NCBI RefSeq assembly: GCF_009914755.1
Contig: NC_060925.1
DNA length: 64,000 nt
Strand: one strand, 5' to 3'
DNA from: the human T2T-CHM13v2.0 reference genome, Homo sapiens
Each line of letters opens with the position of its first letter. The stretch's first letter is position 1. The translations under genes were made by a program, and so were the position numbers. Shown here piece after piece: positions 12,711-25,672 of the stretch. Below the pieces are notes generated by a model. That model worked only from the letters and a program-made list of their open reading frames with translations, searched no databases and was not told the origin of the DNA.

Positions 12711-15700
12711 CCCGGTCACATCTCCAGGCCTTGGCCCAGCTGTTTTCCAGCCTCGCATGTCCTCCCAGCACATAGAGCAGAGGAAGCAGCAGGCGAGTGT
12801 TCTGTTCGACTATCTGGGCCACTGAGATGGCAGCAAAATTGTTTCCCAGGTGGATGTTGTTTATTTATTTAGAACTGTGGCTCCCTCGTGCCAGCAGCTC
12901 TCTGCTATGCCCACTGACCATCGGCGTGCTCTTGGTGGCTAATTAGGGAGACTTCTTCCTGGGACCCGGGAGACAGACTGGAATGTGAGCACTGGTTCCC
13001 AGAGAGCCCATCCGGGAGGGCAGCAGGCAAGGCCTGTGGCTGCAGAGACACACAGTGGCTGCTGCTTATACCCTCCGCAGAGGCCCTGCTGCCACCCAAA
13101 GACCCAAGGAGAACCCGAGGGTGGGTCCTGCCCCTGACTTCCTTTAACCTGACTGCTTTTCTTGACACTTAAACGGTTTCATTGCAAATTGGAGACACTG
13201 CCAGAGTACCGGATTGGACATGAATCTCTGGTCTTCCCAAAAGTCAGGCAGAGATGTGGAGGGGCCCACAGTCACAGGGCAGATTCCTCACCTGCAAAGT
13301 GGCCATGCTCATCGCCCCATCCAGGAGCCTGCAGTGCAGCTGGGCTGCTCCTCCTGCCCAGGCCCCATTCGGGCCACAGACCCCATGATCTGAGGTGTCA
13401 CATGTGGTTCATGACACCTCCCATGTGCTATCTTGGTCTCAGGCCCCACGCATGGTCAGCCAAACTGGAATCCAGGGTGAGGAGGCGTGTGCTTTCATCT
13501 GCCGGCCTGTCTGGGGAGGCCACGGAGCAGCAGCACATCCTTCTGATGGGTTAACACCTGGGTGATACCAGCCCAACCTGATATCCCACCCACATGTCCA
13601 AAGATAGCACTCACATCTCAACCTGCCTCCCTCCTCGCTCTCCTAAACTCCAGACCTAGAGACCCAGCTGCTTCCTGAGCACCTCCCATTATATGTCCCC
13701 CAAGGAAGCGCAAATCTAGCCCCACCAAAACGCGATGCATCCTTTGCCATCCCCCGTTTCGCATCCTCTGCTCAGAGCTGGGCACCACTATCCGAGGGTC
13801 CGCAACATCCAAAAGCTCCCTGCTGCCTCTGAGGCCTCCTGCTTCTGCCAGGGCCCTCCCAAGAGGGCTCAGAGCCTGGAATAGGAATTAAATGAGGGCC
13901 TTGTGAGGTAGAAATTCCCAGAGGAAGGGCGAGGTTACCCAGAAAGGTCTAGAGAGACAAGCTCAGGTCCATTTGGGTGGACTGAAGTCCAAGCCCAGGT
14001 CTGCCCCTTGGCCAATGCGTGACTGTGGGCAGAGGCAGCCCCTCCCTGAACCTCAGGAATGATCACCACCCAGCACCTGCTGCGTGAGGCCACTGGGAGC
14101 TTTGTGGAGCCAGCACACTGAAGGGCCCACTCAATTACGGGGACCCTTCCTGCTACCATCACAGCTCCCGAGAAACCTGAAGTTGCCCCGCTTAGCACCC
14201 CAGGTTTAATTTTACCAGCTCTTTTTTCCCTCCAAGAGACAACCACTCCAGGCTGCCCTCACCTGCCCAGGCCTGGAAGCAGCCCCCTCTGTCCTGGGGC
14301 CGGCTCCTTTCCAGGCATGAAGCTCAAACAGGCGCTGTCAGTGGGTCCAAACCATCGCAGCCCCGTCAAAGGACCCCTGTGTGAGCCTCAAACGGGGCAT
14401 TGATAGGGCCTCAGTGAGGGCTGCCCAGGCGATCGTGGGCTCGCTTGGCTTGGCTAGCCATGCGGACTTCCCCAAACCCAGCTATTTCCTGTCCCTCGGG
14501 TGGCCCCCTCCCAGCTGCCTGGCCACAGGGCACAATCCCACTACACAGCTCAGCCTGTTCTTCGGCTCCAGGCCAGAGGTGGGAGTCGGGGAAGGCGGGA
14601 AGGACGGGAGAGTCGCGCCGGGAAGTTCAGGGCCTCCTGGTCCTTGTGACACACGCAGCCATGGCCCTTCAATCTCCTTGTGATAGGATGCAAGGCTGGG
14701 CCAATGTCTCTCCTCCCGTGACCTCTGCTCCCAATCCACACTTGCCGGGGCTTCTCAGCGGGCCCTCTTCCCATGGGTCTTTGCAAGAAGCAACAACTGA
14801 CACAGACTGGGCCCCAGCCCGTCTAAAAGCCTCCACTCGGAGTAGAAAAAAAAGGTGCTTGGTCTCATCTCTGACCACTGTGTGGCCTCAGGAAAGTCAC
14901 TTGATGTCTCTGGGCCTCTGCCCTCAAGTGTGAACAGGAGCTCGCTTTCCATTTCTGTGAATTACACTGCACCAACTGCTTGGGGGTCTGATAAGGAGCA
15001 AATAACATCCATGAAGAAATCTGCCATTCCACAAAAAAACTGACACCACCAGAAGGTTGACAATGCCTCTCAAACTCATCCCCGTCCCTGCCGCCCCATA
15101 GGATGACTTCCCCAGCCTTTGTAGGGGTCCCTGCATTTGGGCTCTTCCTTCCTAAAACCCAAACCTTGTAACTCCTTGGCCCAAAATCCTTCAAAGACAC
15201 CTGTCTCAGGATTAGTCCATGTTCCTCGGTGTGACATTCAAGGCTCTGAGGGCTCTTTTGGTATTGGTGACAGATCCCAATTCAAACAGCCCTGGTCTCT
15301 TTATTAACTTTACTTTCAGGTAAGTCCTCAACAGCTCAGCCACACCGGGGAGAAAAGATAAGAGATGGAGAAACAGAGAGACATTATTAAAGAGTTGTAG
15401 TCCTGGATCCTGCCATACCTGAAGCCAAAAATCCCTGGATTTTTTATTTGTATGAGAGCCAAGAAACATCGTGAACCACCTTCTGGTTTCTCATAATAAA
15501 CTTGGCTCATAAGGCTTCTGTTACTTGCAACCATGTCCTTCCTGTAAATTCCCTTCTTGGCTGAACTTAGCCAGGGTGAGCTTGCACCTAAAGAGCCCCA
15601 CTGTGTGCAAACACTCTTCCTGACCCAGCCCCACAGCGGGCCGACCTCTTCTCCCTCCCCTCCCCACTTGCAGCCACGCTGAGCAGCTCGCCCCAGCTCC

Positions 15701-16118
15701 TCTCCCCAATGCCATAGAGTCTTTGCGTGTCCTGCTACCTAGACCTAGAGCACCCTTCCCATTCTGCTTACTGCTGCCTTCTCATCCTTCAGACTCCACT
15801 TGGTGACAGCCTCCAAGAGGCTTTCTCTGGCCCTCAGGCCACGTCTGAGGTCCCCTAGGCTTTCCCTATCGTGGCAGCCCTTTTGCAGATCTGTCCCTCC
15901 TACCGCAGACTGGGGGGAACTGGAGGCGAGTCTCATCTGTTGAGGTCTTCCCCAGTGTCCAGAGCAGGACCCAGCCCCAGGGGAGTGGAGTGCACGCCTG
16001 ATTAGGGAGACATCAGGGTGCATCATCTTGGGCTGTGGTTCATGATCAGACAGCATTGGGTCAGGACCACCCCTCGCTCAGCATGGCCCATGGGAGGAGT
16101 TTCTGGATGGAGCAACTA

Positions 16119-18911
16119 GGTATGTGTGAGTGTTTACATGGGTGTGTGGGGGTGGGCGTGTGTGGAGGGGTGTGGGGGGTGTGAGTGTGTGGGTATATGG
16201 GGGGTGTGTGGGTGTGTAGGCGGTGGGAGTGAGTGTGTGGAGGGGTGTGGGGAGGGTGTGAGTGTGTGGGTATGTGGGGGGAGTGTGGGTGTTTGGGTGT
16301 ATTTGTGGGTGTGTGGGGGTGGGTGTGAGTGTGTGGAGGGGTGTGGAGGAGGTGTGAGTGTGTGGGTATGTGGGGGATGTGTGGGTGTGTGGGGGTGGGG
16401 GTGTGTATGTGGGTGTGTGAGGGGGTGGGGGTGGGAATGTGTGGGTGTGGGGGAGAGTGAGTGTGTGGGTGTGTGTGGATGTGAGTGCATGTGGGTGTGG
16501 CTGTGTTGGATGTGTGTGGGGGGGTGTGGGGGTGTTGGTGTGTATGTGGGTGTGTGTGGGTATGTGGGGGGTGGGAGGGTGGGAATGTGTGAGTGTGTGT
16601 GGATGTGAGTGCGTGTGGGTGTGGCTGTGTGTTGGATGTGTATGGGGGTGTGTGGTGGTGTGTATATGGGTGTATGTGTGTGTGGGTGTGGGGGGTGTTA
16701 ATGTGTGTGGGTTGTGGATGTGAGTGTGTGGATGTGTGTGGGTGTGTGGGGAGTTGCTGTGTGAGTGTGGGTGTGGGGGTATGTGTGTGTGGGGGGGGTC
16801 GGGTGGGAGTGTGTGGATGTGGGTGTGGCTGTGTGTGGGTGTGTGGGGGGTTGGTGTGTATGTAAGTGTGGGTGTGGGGGTATGTGTGAGCATGTGGGGG
16901 TAGGGGGTGGGAGTGTGTGAGTGTGAGTGTGGCTGTGTGTGTGGGTGTGGGGGTATGTGTGTGTGGAGGGGGTTGGGAGTGTGTGGGTGTGGGTGTGGGT
17001 GTGTGGGGGGTTGGTGTGTATGTAAGTGTGGGTGTGGGTGTGTGTGGGGGGTGGGGGGTGGGAGTATGTGCGTGTGAGTGTGGCTGTGTGTGTGGGTGCG
17101 GGGGGTTGGTGTGTATGTAAGTGTGGGTGTGGGGGTATGTGTGTGTGGAGGGGGTGGGAGTGTGTGGGTGTGGTTGTGGCTGTGTGGGGGCAGTGGGGGT
17201 GTTGGTGTGCCTGTGGATGTGTGGGTGTGTGGATGTGTGGGTGTGAGGGGGTAGGGGTGTGAGTGTAGATGTGAATGCATGGGGGTGTGTGTGCATGTGA
17301 GTGTGTGGGTGTGTGGAGGGTGTTGGCGTGTATGTGAGTTTGTGTGGATATGTGTGTGGGGGTGTAGGGGGTGTGAATATGTGTGAATGTGTGTGTGGGT
17401 ATGGGGTGTTGGTGTGTATATGGGTACGTAGGTGTCGGTGTGGGGGTATGGGGGTGGGGGTGTGAGTGTGCATGGGTGTGTATGTGGGTGGGTGGGTGTA
17501 GGTGTGTGGGTGTGTGAGGGGGTGTGTATGTTGGGTGTAGGTGTTGGGGGTTAGTGTGGGGGGTGTGTATGTGGGTGTGTGGGGGGTGGGGGTGAGAGGG
17601 TGGGTGTGGTTGTGTGTGGGGGTTATGGGCATGTTGGTGGGTGTGTATGTTGTGACTGTGGGTGTTGGGGGTATGTATGTGTGGGGGGTGGGGGTGAAGG
17701 GGTGGGTGTGGGTGTGAGTGTGGGGGTTGTGGGTGTATGTTGGGTGTGGTTGTGGGGCATGTGAGTGTGAGGGGTGTGTATGTGGGTGTGTATGTAGGTG
17801 TAGGTGTGTGGGTGTGTGGGGGGTGATTGTGGTTGTGTGTGGGGGTTGTGGGCATGTTGGTGAGTGTGTATGTGGTGAGTGTGTATGTTGTGAGTGTGGG
17901 TGTTGGGGGTGTGAGTGTGGGGGTGTGTATGTGGGGGGGTGGGGGTGAGGGGGTGGGTGTGGGTGTGTGGGGGGTGTGGGTGTGTATGTTGTTGGGTGTG
18001 GTTGTGGGGAGTGTGAGTGTTAGTGTGAGGGGTGTGTATGTAGGTGTAGATGTGTGGGTGTGTGGGAGTGGGGATGAGGGGGTGTGTGTGGGGGGTGTGG
18101 GTGTGTATGTTGGTGGGCCTGGTTGTGGGGCATGTGAGTGTGAGGGGTGTGTATGTAGCTGTAGATGTGTGGGTGTGTGGGGGTGGGGGTGAGGGGGTGG
18201 GTGTGGGGGGTGTGGGTGTGTATGTTGGTGGGTGTGGTTGTGGGGCGTGTGTGGGGGTGCGTATGTAGGTGTAGATGTGTGGGTGTGTGGGGGTGGGGGT
18301 GAGGGGGTGGGTGTTGGGGGTGTGGGTGTGTATGATGGTGGGTGTGGTTGTGGGGTGTGTGTTAGTGTGAGGGGTGTGTATGTAGGTGTAGATGTGTGGG
18401 TGTGTGGGGGGTGGGGGTGAGGGGTGACTGTGGTTGTGTGTGGGGGTTGTGGGCATGTTGGTGGGTGTGTATGTTGTGAGTGTGGGTGTTCGGGGCGTGA
18501 GTGTGTGGGTGTGTATGTGGGGGGGTGGGGGTGAGGGGATGGGTGTGGGTGTGTGGGGGGTGTGGGTGTGTATGTTGATGGGTGTGGTTGTGGGGCATGT
18601 GAGTGTTAGTGTGAGGGGTGTGTATGTAGGTGTAGATGTGTGGGTGTGTGGGGGTGGGGGTGAGGGGGTGGGTGTTGGGGGTGTGAGTGTGGGAGGTGTG
18701 GGTGTGTATGTTGTGAGTGTGGGTGTTGGGGGTGTGAGTGTGGGGGTGTGTATGTGGGTGTGTATGTAGCTGTAGATGTGTGGGTGTGTGGGGGTGGGGG
18801 TGAGGGGGTGGGCGTTGGGGGTGTGGGTGTGTATGTTGGTGGGCGTGGTTGTGGGGCATGTGAGTGTGAGTGTGAGGGGTGTGTATGTGGGTGTAGGGGG
18901 TGTGGGTGAGT
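16119..18911 (+). repeat. 2.8-kb G/T-rich complex tandem repeat with ~110-140 bp higher-order units in the right half
   Basis: Plus strand is almost entirely G and T. The block gtagatgtgtgggtgtgtggg recurs near 18046, 18161, 18271, 18388, 18633 and 18772. Confidence 0.97.
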
Positions 18912-18985
18912 CCTGGGGTGATGGAGGTAGAAGGCTGGTCTCCACCCTCCCTACACTGTATTTCCAGAAACACATCAGCCAGACA

Positions 18986-20344
18986 GAAGCTTGTTGCTGC
19001 TTTATTGAAACTTCCTCCCTGTCGCACACAAAGCAATTACACAAGGGGGTATTGCCAGGGAGCTCTTGCAGAGCCTTCTCCCTCTGTACCCCCCGACAGT
19101 CCCCAGAGACCCTGCCTCCGTGGCCTCCACCTCTGGGTCAGCTCCCTGGAGGACCCCGACACACAGGGAAGCAGGCACAGGAGGGCTGTTGGGGCCAAAC
19201 CTCCCCAGCTGCCACAACCGCCATGACCCCAGTGGCAGGGTCAGTGCCCACAAGGGGGTTGCCTGCTTTGACTGAACTAACCTGTGGGTTTAGTCCAACG
19301 AACAGATGTGCCTGATTTCAGGGCTGAATTTTTGCTTGACCACAAGCCTCGGGCAGAACAGATTCGCCTATGACTGAATCGACTGAATGGATGGCCAGCG
19401 ACAGCCTGGCCTGGGAATGGACTGGCAGCTCATCACTAAAATGACTCCTTTCATGGAATCCACTGTTATGCAGCCACACTGACCACAGAGCAACTGAATA
19501 GGTGAGCATTGGATTGTTGATGACAACTCTTCAGCAGAACAATTGTGTGTTTGAAGGGACTGTTTTATGATGAAATAACTGTTATTTCCTGGAGCTAATT
19601 GTTGAATGACAGTTTGTCAACTGTTTAAATGAATTTCATTTGAATTAACAATTATACAGCCACTCAGAGGTCCTACATTCGCCAGAGTTGGCATCCAGTT
19701 GATGGGTTCATTTGAATTAAATGGTTTGGAGGCTAACGTGATTTTTTAAATTGAATTTCATCACTATTCTGTGTATTCTATTTATCACTATTCTAAATGA
19801 CTCATGGTTGGCTAATTGATTATCATGTAAGCAAGCTATTTGAAGAAATTGATTACATATATTTATATATAGGGGGTAACTAATTAATGATTACTTGATT
19901 AAATTGCTATGTGAACTGACAACTATTTATAAATCAATGCAATAGACTGTTGTTTGACCAAATTATTTTACTGAACTGACAAGTGGGTTTTTGATTTGTC
20001 AGTTGCTTGGCTGAACTGATCAAGTCGATAGTTGCTTGACAAACTCACCAACTTTAGAATGGCCAATCGTCTAAACAAGTGTCAGAGCTGATTGAAATAA
20101 ACCAAGCATTGTTGGGCTGAATTATGGAGAGACCCGAGGAGTGACTCAGCCTAAAGCGTTGACCCAGTTGTGAGCAGCTCACAGGCCCTGCAGGAGGAGC
20201 AGGCCAGCGAGGGAGACACAAGCAGATTGTCCTGCCAGGGAGGGGCGGGAGGGCCCACCCAGGCCACAGGGGCCACCAAAGCAAAAAAGCAGATTATGAG
20301 GCAGCTCCACCCCTCCCAGCACTGGGGCTGGGGCCTGGCGAGGG
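18986..20344 (-). other. LAPTM5: LAPTM5 3'UTR (cleavage site approximate)
   Basis: Lies between the TGA stop (20347-20345) and AATAAA at 19006-19001, with a GU-rich downstream element near 18973-18966. Confidence 0.85.
19001..19006 (-). terminator. LAPTM5: LAPTM5 polyadenylation signal AATAAA
   Basis: tttatt on the plus strand, followed on the minus strand by a GT-rich element (gatgtgtttc). Confidence 0.85.
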
Positions 20345-20434
20345 TCACACCTCTGAGTATGGGGGTGGTGCTGGGCCCCCCTCTGGGGTCTTCGATGGCA
20401 AAGACAGGGCTTCCTCGTAGGACGGCAGGACCAC
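20345..20434 (-). CDS. LAPTM5: LAPTM5 exon 8 coding part (cytosolic tail with PY motifs)
   Basis: 90 nt encoding VVLPSYEEALSLPSKTPEGGPAPPPYSEV*, with LPSY and PPPY Nedd4-type WW-binding motifs. Confidence 0.97.
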   Translation of the reverse strand: MVLPSYEEALSLPSKTPEGGPAPPPYSEV

Positions 20435-20613
20435 CTGGGAGAGACAGAGAGATGAGGGCTGAGTATGGTCAAGAATGACCTGCAATTCCAACCTGGGGTC
20501 ATGGGACCCAAACCCCCACCTCTGGCAAAATGATGATGATAATGACTGGCAGGTCTTGGATATTTGCTATGTGCTAGACATTGCCTGCATGAGATAGGTG
20601 CAGTTCCCAGCCC

Positions 20614-21141
20614 TGTAGTGGACATATTTGCCTTTGCCTATTCAGCATCAAGTCCCCCTTATTTTGAAAACAGTGCACCATTTTCCTTGGGAAAACATTC
20701 TCAGTCCATATACCTTCAGAAGAACTGGTCCCATCCCTCAGATCCAGCGAGGTGGCTGGACTTGGCCACTCAAAGTAGAATTCCATCCCCCTGGCTATAG
20801 TCCTTGGTTTGGGGATAGGCACGTGGCCCAAGTTGGTCCAATCAGACATACTCCTGGGACCTTCTTTTTCTGTTGGGATTTCTGAGAGGGTGGGATATCT
20901 GCCTAGGGGTTTTGGCAGCCTTTTTGCCACCACAAGGGATGGGCTTCCGGAAAATGAAGCCAACATCAAGGAAAGTAGAGTCAAGAGTTGGAGAGGACGA
21001 GATCATATCCTGATGTCAGGACTCAGCCAGGCCCAAGCCAGACCTACATTTGGCTGCTAAGTTCTGTGAGCTAGTAAATTCCTGAAGTCAGATTGAGTTG
21101 GGTTTCTGCCACTTGCAACCAAAAGTGTCTTAGCTAATACA
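20614..21141 (+). mobile_element. MLT1-family (ERVL-MaLR) LTR
   Basis: TGTAG...ATACA termini and the typical MLT1 3' motif gagttgggtttctgccacttgcaacc. Confidence 0.65.
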
Positions 21142-21689
21142 ATCTCCACCTTACAGGTGAGGAAAGTAAGTTACCAGGAATTTAAACCGTCACTTTCCAA
21201 TAAGCTGCTTCTAAGCACACCTCATCCTCTCTTCCCGGAAAGCCTCCTTCTGCTTTCCCAGCTATCTCATATCCATTGACCCTCCAAGACCAGTTAACTG
21301 TCACCTCCTCCAGGAAGGCTTCCCTGATACCTGAGAAGAGGCCAGGTCCTTCCTCTGTGCTTATTGTCCCTGTGCTTCACACCAAGTTGTAATTGTATCT
21401 ATGTGTCTGAACTGTACACTCCTCTAAGGCAGAGGTGGCATCTTAGTTTTTTCTGCGCCTCCTGGAATCGATATGAGACTAGCAAAGAGTGAGAGGCAGT
21501 AAATACTGAATAAATGAATGAGTGAGTGAATGAATCTTAGACTACCAGAACTGAAAGAGAACACATTTCTTCTGTTCCAACCCTCATCTTACAAATAGAG
21601 AAACCAAGGTCCAGAGAGGGAAGGAAACTTGACCCAAATGGCACAGGGAGTTAGTGACAGGGCTGGCACCCACCTGCAGCCACACTCAC

Positions 21690-21782
21690 CTTCTGGAGCA
21701 TCTTGGAGTTTCTCTTCTCCTCCACCGAGTTCATGCACTTGATCAATCTGTAGCACCGCCACACGCACTTGAACATGTAGAC
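21690..21782 (-). CDS. LAPTM5: LAPTM5 exon 7
   Basis: 93 nt, acceptor ttttccag and donor GTGAGT. Encodes VYMFKCVWRCYRLIKCMNSVEEKRNSKMLQK. Confidence 0.97.
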
Positions 21783-22942
21783 CTGGAAAAAGGCCCAGGT
21801 CAGGCTGTGCTTTGCTGAGCGTCCTTCTCACGCTCCAGCAGGCCTAGGACATATGCCAGGCAGGAGCCACCACTCTCTCCAGAAGCCAGCATCCAGCTGC
21901 TCCTGCTCGGACCTCTCATTCTGGTTGGGGGTTCCTCACCAGCCAGTCCAGAATATTCCAGGTATTGCCCTTTTCATTGCCCCACAGATACCACATAGCA
22001 AGGGGATTTGGGGGGCTTCTAGCCCACCCTCCAATTTCCCTGGCAATAGTCCCACAGCTCCTGCTTGACTGCCCACACTGCCTGGAAGCTCACTACCTCC
22101 TGAGACAGCCCTGCCCATCTCGAAACAGAGCTGATGGTGGGACATGTTTTCTTCAAAATTGCTTCCGATATGTTGTTTTCTGAAGCAGATTACAAAACAG
22201 CATGTGCAGTATTGGTCCATGTTTATAAAGGAGGAACAGTTAGTACATGTCCATCAGCTGATGCAAGTTAATGTAAGAATTGGGCAGAAGCTTTCCAGAG
22301 TGGGGCATACAATCCCAAGGGGCAAGCTCAAGAAACAACAGAAAACCCCCAGGATGCCCCCTGAGTAAGAGGAGAGGGTCCTGTACTGGAAGGTCTTGTT
22401 TGATGGATTCCCTGATGGGCACATAGGTGGGGCAAGGAGACATATGGAGGTACGGAGTGACAAAGAATGAAGCATGAAGGCCCAGGGAAAATCAAGTCGG
22501 TGGAGGGGGCCAGAGAGGCAGAATGAGGGTCAAAGAGGGAAGCCCCTCATTCTGGAGGATAAAAAACAGAAGGGGAGCTGGGGGACGGAGCTGTGTGCTG
22601 GGGTCTGCGGAGGGGTCCTGCAGTAGAGAGTGCCATGGAAAGCCCACACTGGCTTCCCCCATGAGGCCTTCAGGGGTGTTCTCACTGTACACTCACTAGT
22701 GCGTTTGTGCTAGGTCAGTCCTTGGAGAAGATGCTAAAAGGGGCAAGGTTCTGTTTCTAGGTTGGCATTAGGTGACAGCAGAGACTGCCCAGGGCCTCAG
22801 ATGGAAGCAGGAGCTGGGGTCTGCAGATGCCCACCCACCACCACAGAAAGGCTGGGGGGAAATGCACCCAGTTGTCAGCAGTGATGCTCTCTGTGTGGGG
22901 TGTGGATGGTGGAGTGCTTGTCTTCTTTCTACTTATCTGTAG

Positions 22943-23265
<323 letters not shown>

Positions 23266-24120
23266 TAAATTTCTACTATGACCTATGTTACTTTTATAAT
23301 CAGAAAAGAACACTTTTTAAAAGCCCTTCCTTCTGTGGTCATCAGCATCCCTGTGGCTTCAGGCCACAGGCCCCCATTGTGGCCTCTAGGATCCCACAAA
23401 ATTCCCCACAAGAGTTCTTCAGGTATTAAGAAACAGCAGTCAGGTCCCCCTTGAGTCCTCTATTTTCCATGCTGAATAAACGCTCAGGTCTTTGTTGGGT
23501 TTTGTGGGGGTTTTTTGACTTCCTAAGATGGCAGCGTTTTCTTGTCTCTTCACGTTGCTGGTTGTACTGCTGTGAACACACTCCAGTGCTTCACCATCAC
23601 TCAGACCTGGGACCTGAAGCTGGACCCTATCCTCTGGGCCTGACCACCCCAGAGAAGAATGAGACCATTCCCCTCCTGCCTTCTCATCACCAAACCTCTA
23701 TTAACATAATCTCAGGTACATTTTGATGCCTGAATTACATAAAACTGTAACACAGGCAAAACAAGACTCCTGCCCCTGAGGCCCAGAGAGAAGTGACTTG
23801 CTGAAGACCAACCACGCAGCTAGTGACAGTGGGGCTTGGATTCAAACGCAGGCCAGTCCAAATCTAATTCCAGACAGCTGGAATTAGACATCTGAACGCA
23901 GGTGGCCTTTACGGATTCACATGCCCTAAATGGGCTGTCTCGGAGGATCCCAAGTAAAGTCAGAGGAGCTGGCATGGGAAAGCAAGAGAAAGGAGCTAAA
24001 AGCAGGAGAGGAGGCATGGAGGACACATGTCCCTGCCTTCTAACAGCTTGGCATGGGCAGGCCTGGGCCCAGCACAGCCTCACCACCCCTCCCAGAGCCG
24101 CAGGGCAGGGATCCACTCAC

Positions 24121-24216
24121 CTTGAAGATAAGGACAGTGATGAAGGCGATGGAAAAGATGATCATCATCTTGATGAACTGGTTATGAGGCATATCCTCCT
24201 GGCTGGGGAGGTAATT
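24121..24216 (-). CDS. LAPTM5: LAPTM5 exon 6
   Basis: 96 nt encoding NYLPSQEDMPHNQFIKMMIIFSIAFITVLIFK (last TM segment), with AG/GT boundaries. Confidence 0.97.
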
Positions 24217-24650
24217 CTGCAACAGATTTGGGGGCCACATCAATGTCTCTGGACATAAGGAATTCCAACAGCACCCACACATCCGGGAATAATGATCCCA
24301 CCCTCCACACACACACGAGCACAGCGTGGCACAGCCGTCACCTTGGTCGACCGCCACAGCAGCCTTAGGAAGCAGGTGCTACCTTCAGCCCCATCCCACT
24401 GACGGGCAAACCAAGAAAAGCCAAGTGGCTACTATCTCCAGATCTGCTTCCCAGGCTGGCGCACCGGCCCATCCCCAGCTGGCAGGTGTCAGCTGCCCAT
24501 GGGCCACACCTATGCTCTTCTCTACAAGATCATTTTGGCTGACAGGGACCACCTAATCCACTAATACCTGGGAGGTTACATTCCCTCCCCTAGGGGCAGC
24601 TTGAAACCAATGACTGATGCAGGGGAACTCGCCCTAGGTGAGACTGCCTC

Positions 24651-25160
24651 TGTGGTCATTTGCAAATATTACCACACATTCTTTGAGACGCCTCCCTTCT
24701 AAAGGTGGTGTTTATTTCCTCTCCCCTTGAGTGTGGGCTGGACTTAGCAACGCACTTCTAACTAACAGAATGTGGCAGAAGTGATAGAAGTCTTAAAAGA
24801 CACTGCCTTTCCTCCTTGCTTATCTCTTACATCACTCCCGCAGGGGAAGCCAGCAGCCATGTCAGGAGAGCACTCAAGCAGCACTACTACAAGTCCACAG
24901 GATGAGGAATTAGGCAAAGAGCCCACGCCCTGTGAGTGAGCCACCAGGAGTTCATCCTTCAGATCTAATCAAGCCCTCAGTTGTCCACAGCCCCAGGTAC
25001 CATCTCTGGTGCAGCCCCACCAGAGTCCCTGAGTCAGAAGAACCCAGCTAAGCCACTCCCAAGCTCCTGATCCTCAGAAGCTGTGTGAAATAATAAATGT
25101 TTATTGCTTTAAGCCATGATGCTTAGAGATAATTCATTAGACAACAATAAAAACTGATAT
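24651..25160 (+). mobile_element. MLT1-family LTR, apparently inserted into an LTR16-like element (24560-25380)
   Basis: Contains tgtggcagaagtgat and cagaagctgtgtgaaataataaatgtttattgctttaagcca (MLT1 poly(A) region). The flanks carry LTR16-like motifs. Confidence 0.65.
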
Positions 25161-25456
25161 TATGTCTGTGTTGCAATTCACATGCCAAAGCCCTCTCTGG
25201 GATCATGCAGGGCTGCTCCTACAGCCACATCTTTGCTTCTTTGCTTGGCTTCCTCCTTTTCTCGAACCTGCCTTCCTCACTCTTGACAAGTTTCTTCCTG
25301 AGAGGGCTCCCTCAATAAATCACCAGCACAAGAATCTTCCTCCCAAGCTCCAACTCCAGGGAACCTGGCCTAAACCACAGACACACAGAGACGTGAAGTA
25401 ACCTGTTCAAGGCCACACAGCCAGCAAATGGGCATGGTTCCCTGCCCCAGACTCAC

Positions 25457-25579
25457 CATGTGGTTCATGGACTTGAAGTTGAGATAGGTGGGCACTTCCA
25501 TGTAGGAGCTGCAGAGGGTCAGGATGCTCAGGCAGAAGTCCAGCAGCTGCAGCGTCATCAGGGGGAACTTGGAGGAGCT
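25457..25579 (-). CDS. LAPTM5: LAPTM5 exon 5
   Basis: 123 nt, phase 0-0. Encodes SSSKFPLMTLQLLDFCLSILTLCSSYMEVPTYLNFKSMNHM. Confidence 0.97.
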
Positions 25580-25672
25580 CTGGGGAGGACAAATACAAGG
25601 AGGAGGAATGAGGAGCAGCAATTAAAGTCCCAGTTACTGAGCGGCACATAGTAGGCCCTCACTTGAGAGACC

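Noticed and set aside
16119-18911. Resemblance to telomeric repeats (yeast TG1-3) or an interstitial telomere
   Set aside because: No TTAGGG arrays; composition and higher-order units fit a locally expanded GT minisatellite.
16061-19315. Long Pro/His/Thr-rich and Val/Gly/Cys-rich ORFs of up to 523 aa
   Set aside because: Artefacts of a stop-poor G/T tandem repeat; open in several frames on both strands.
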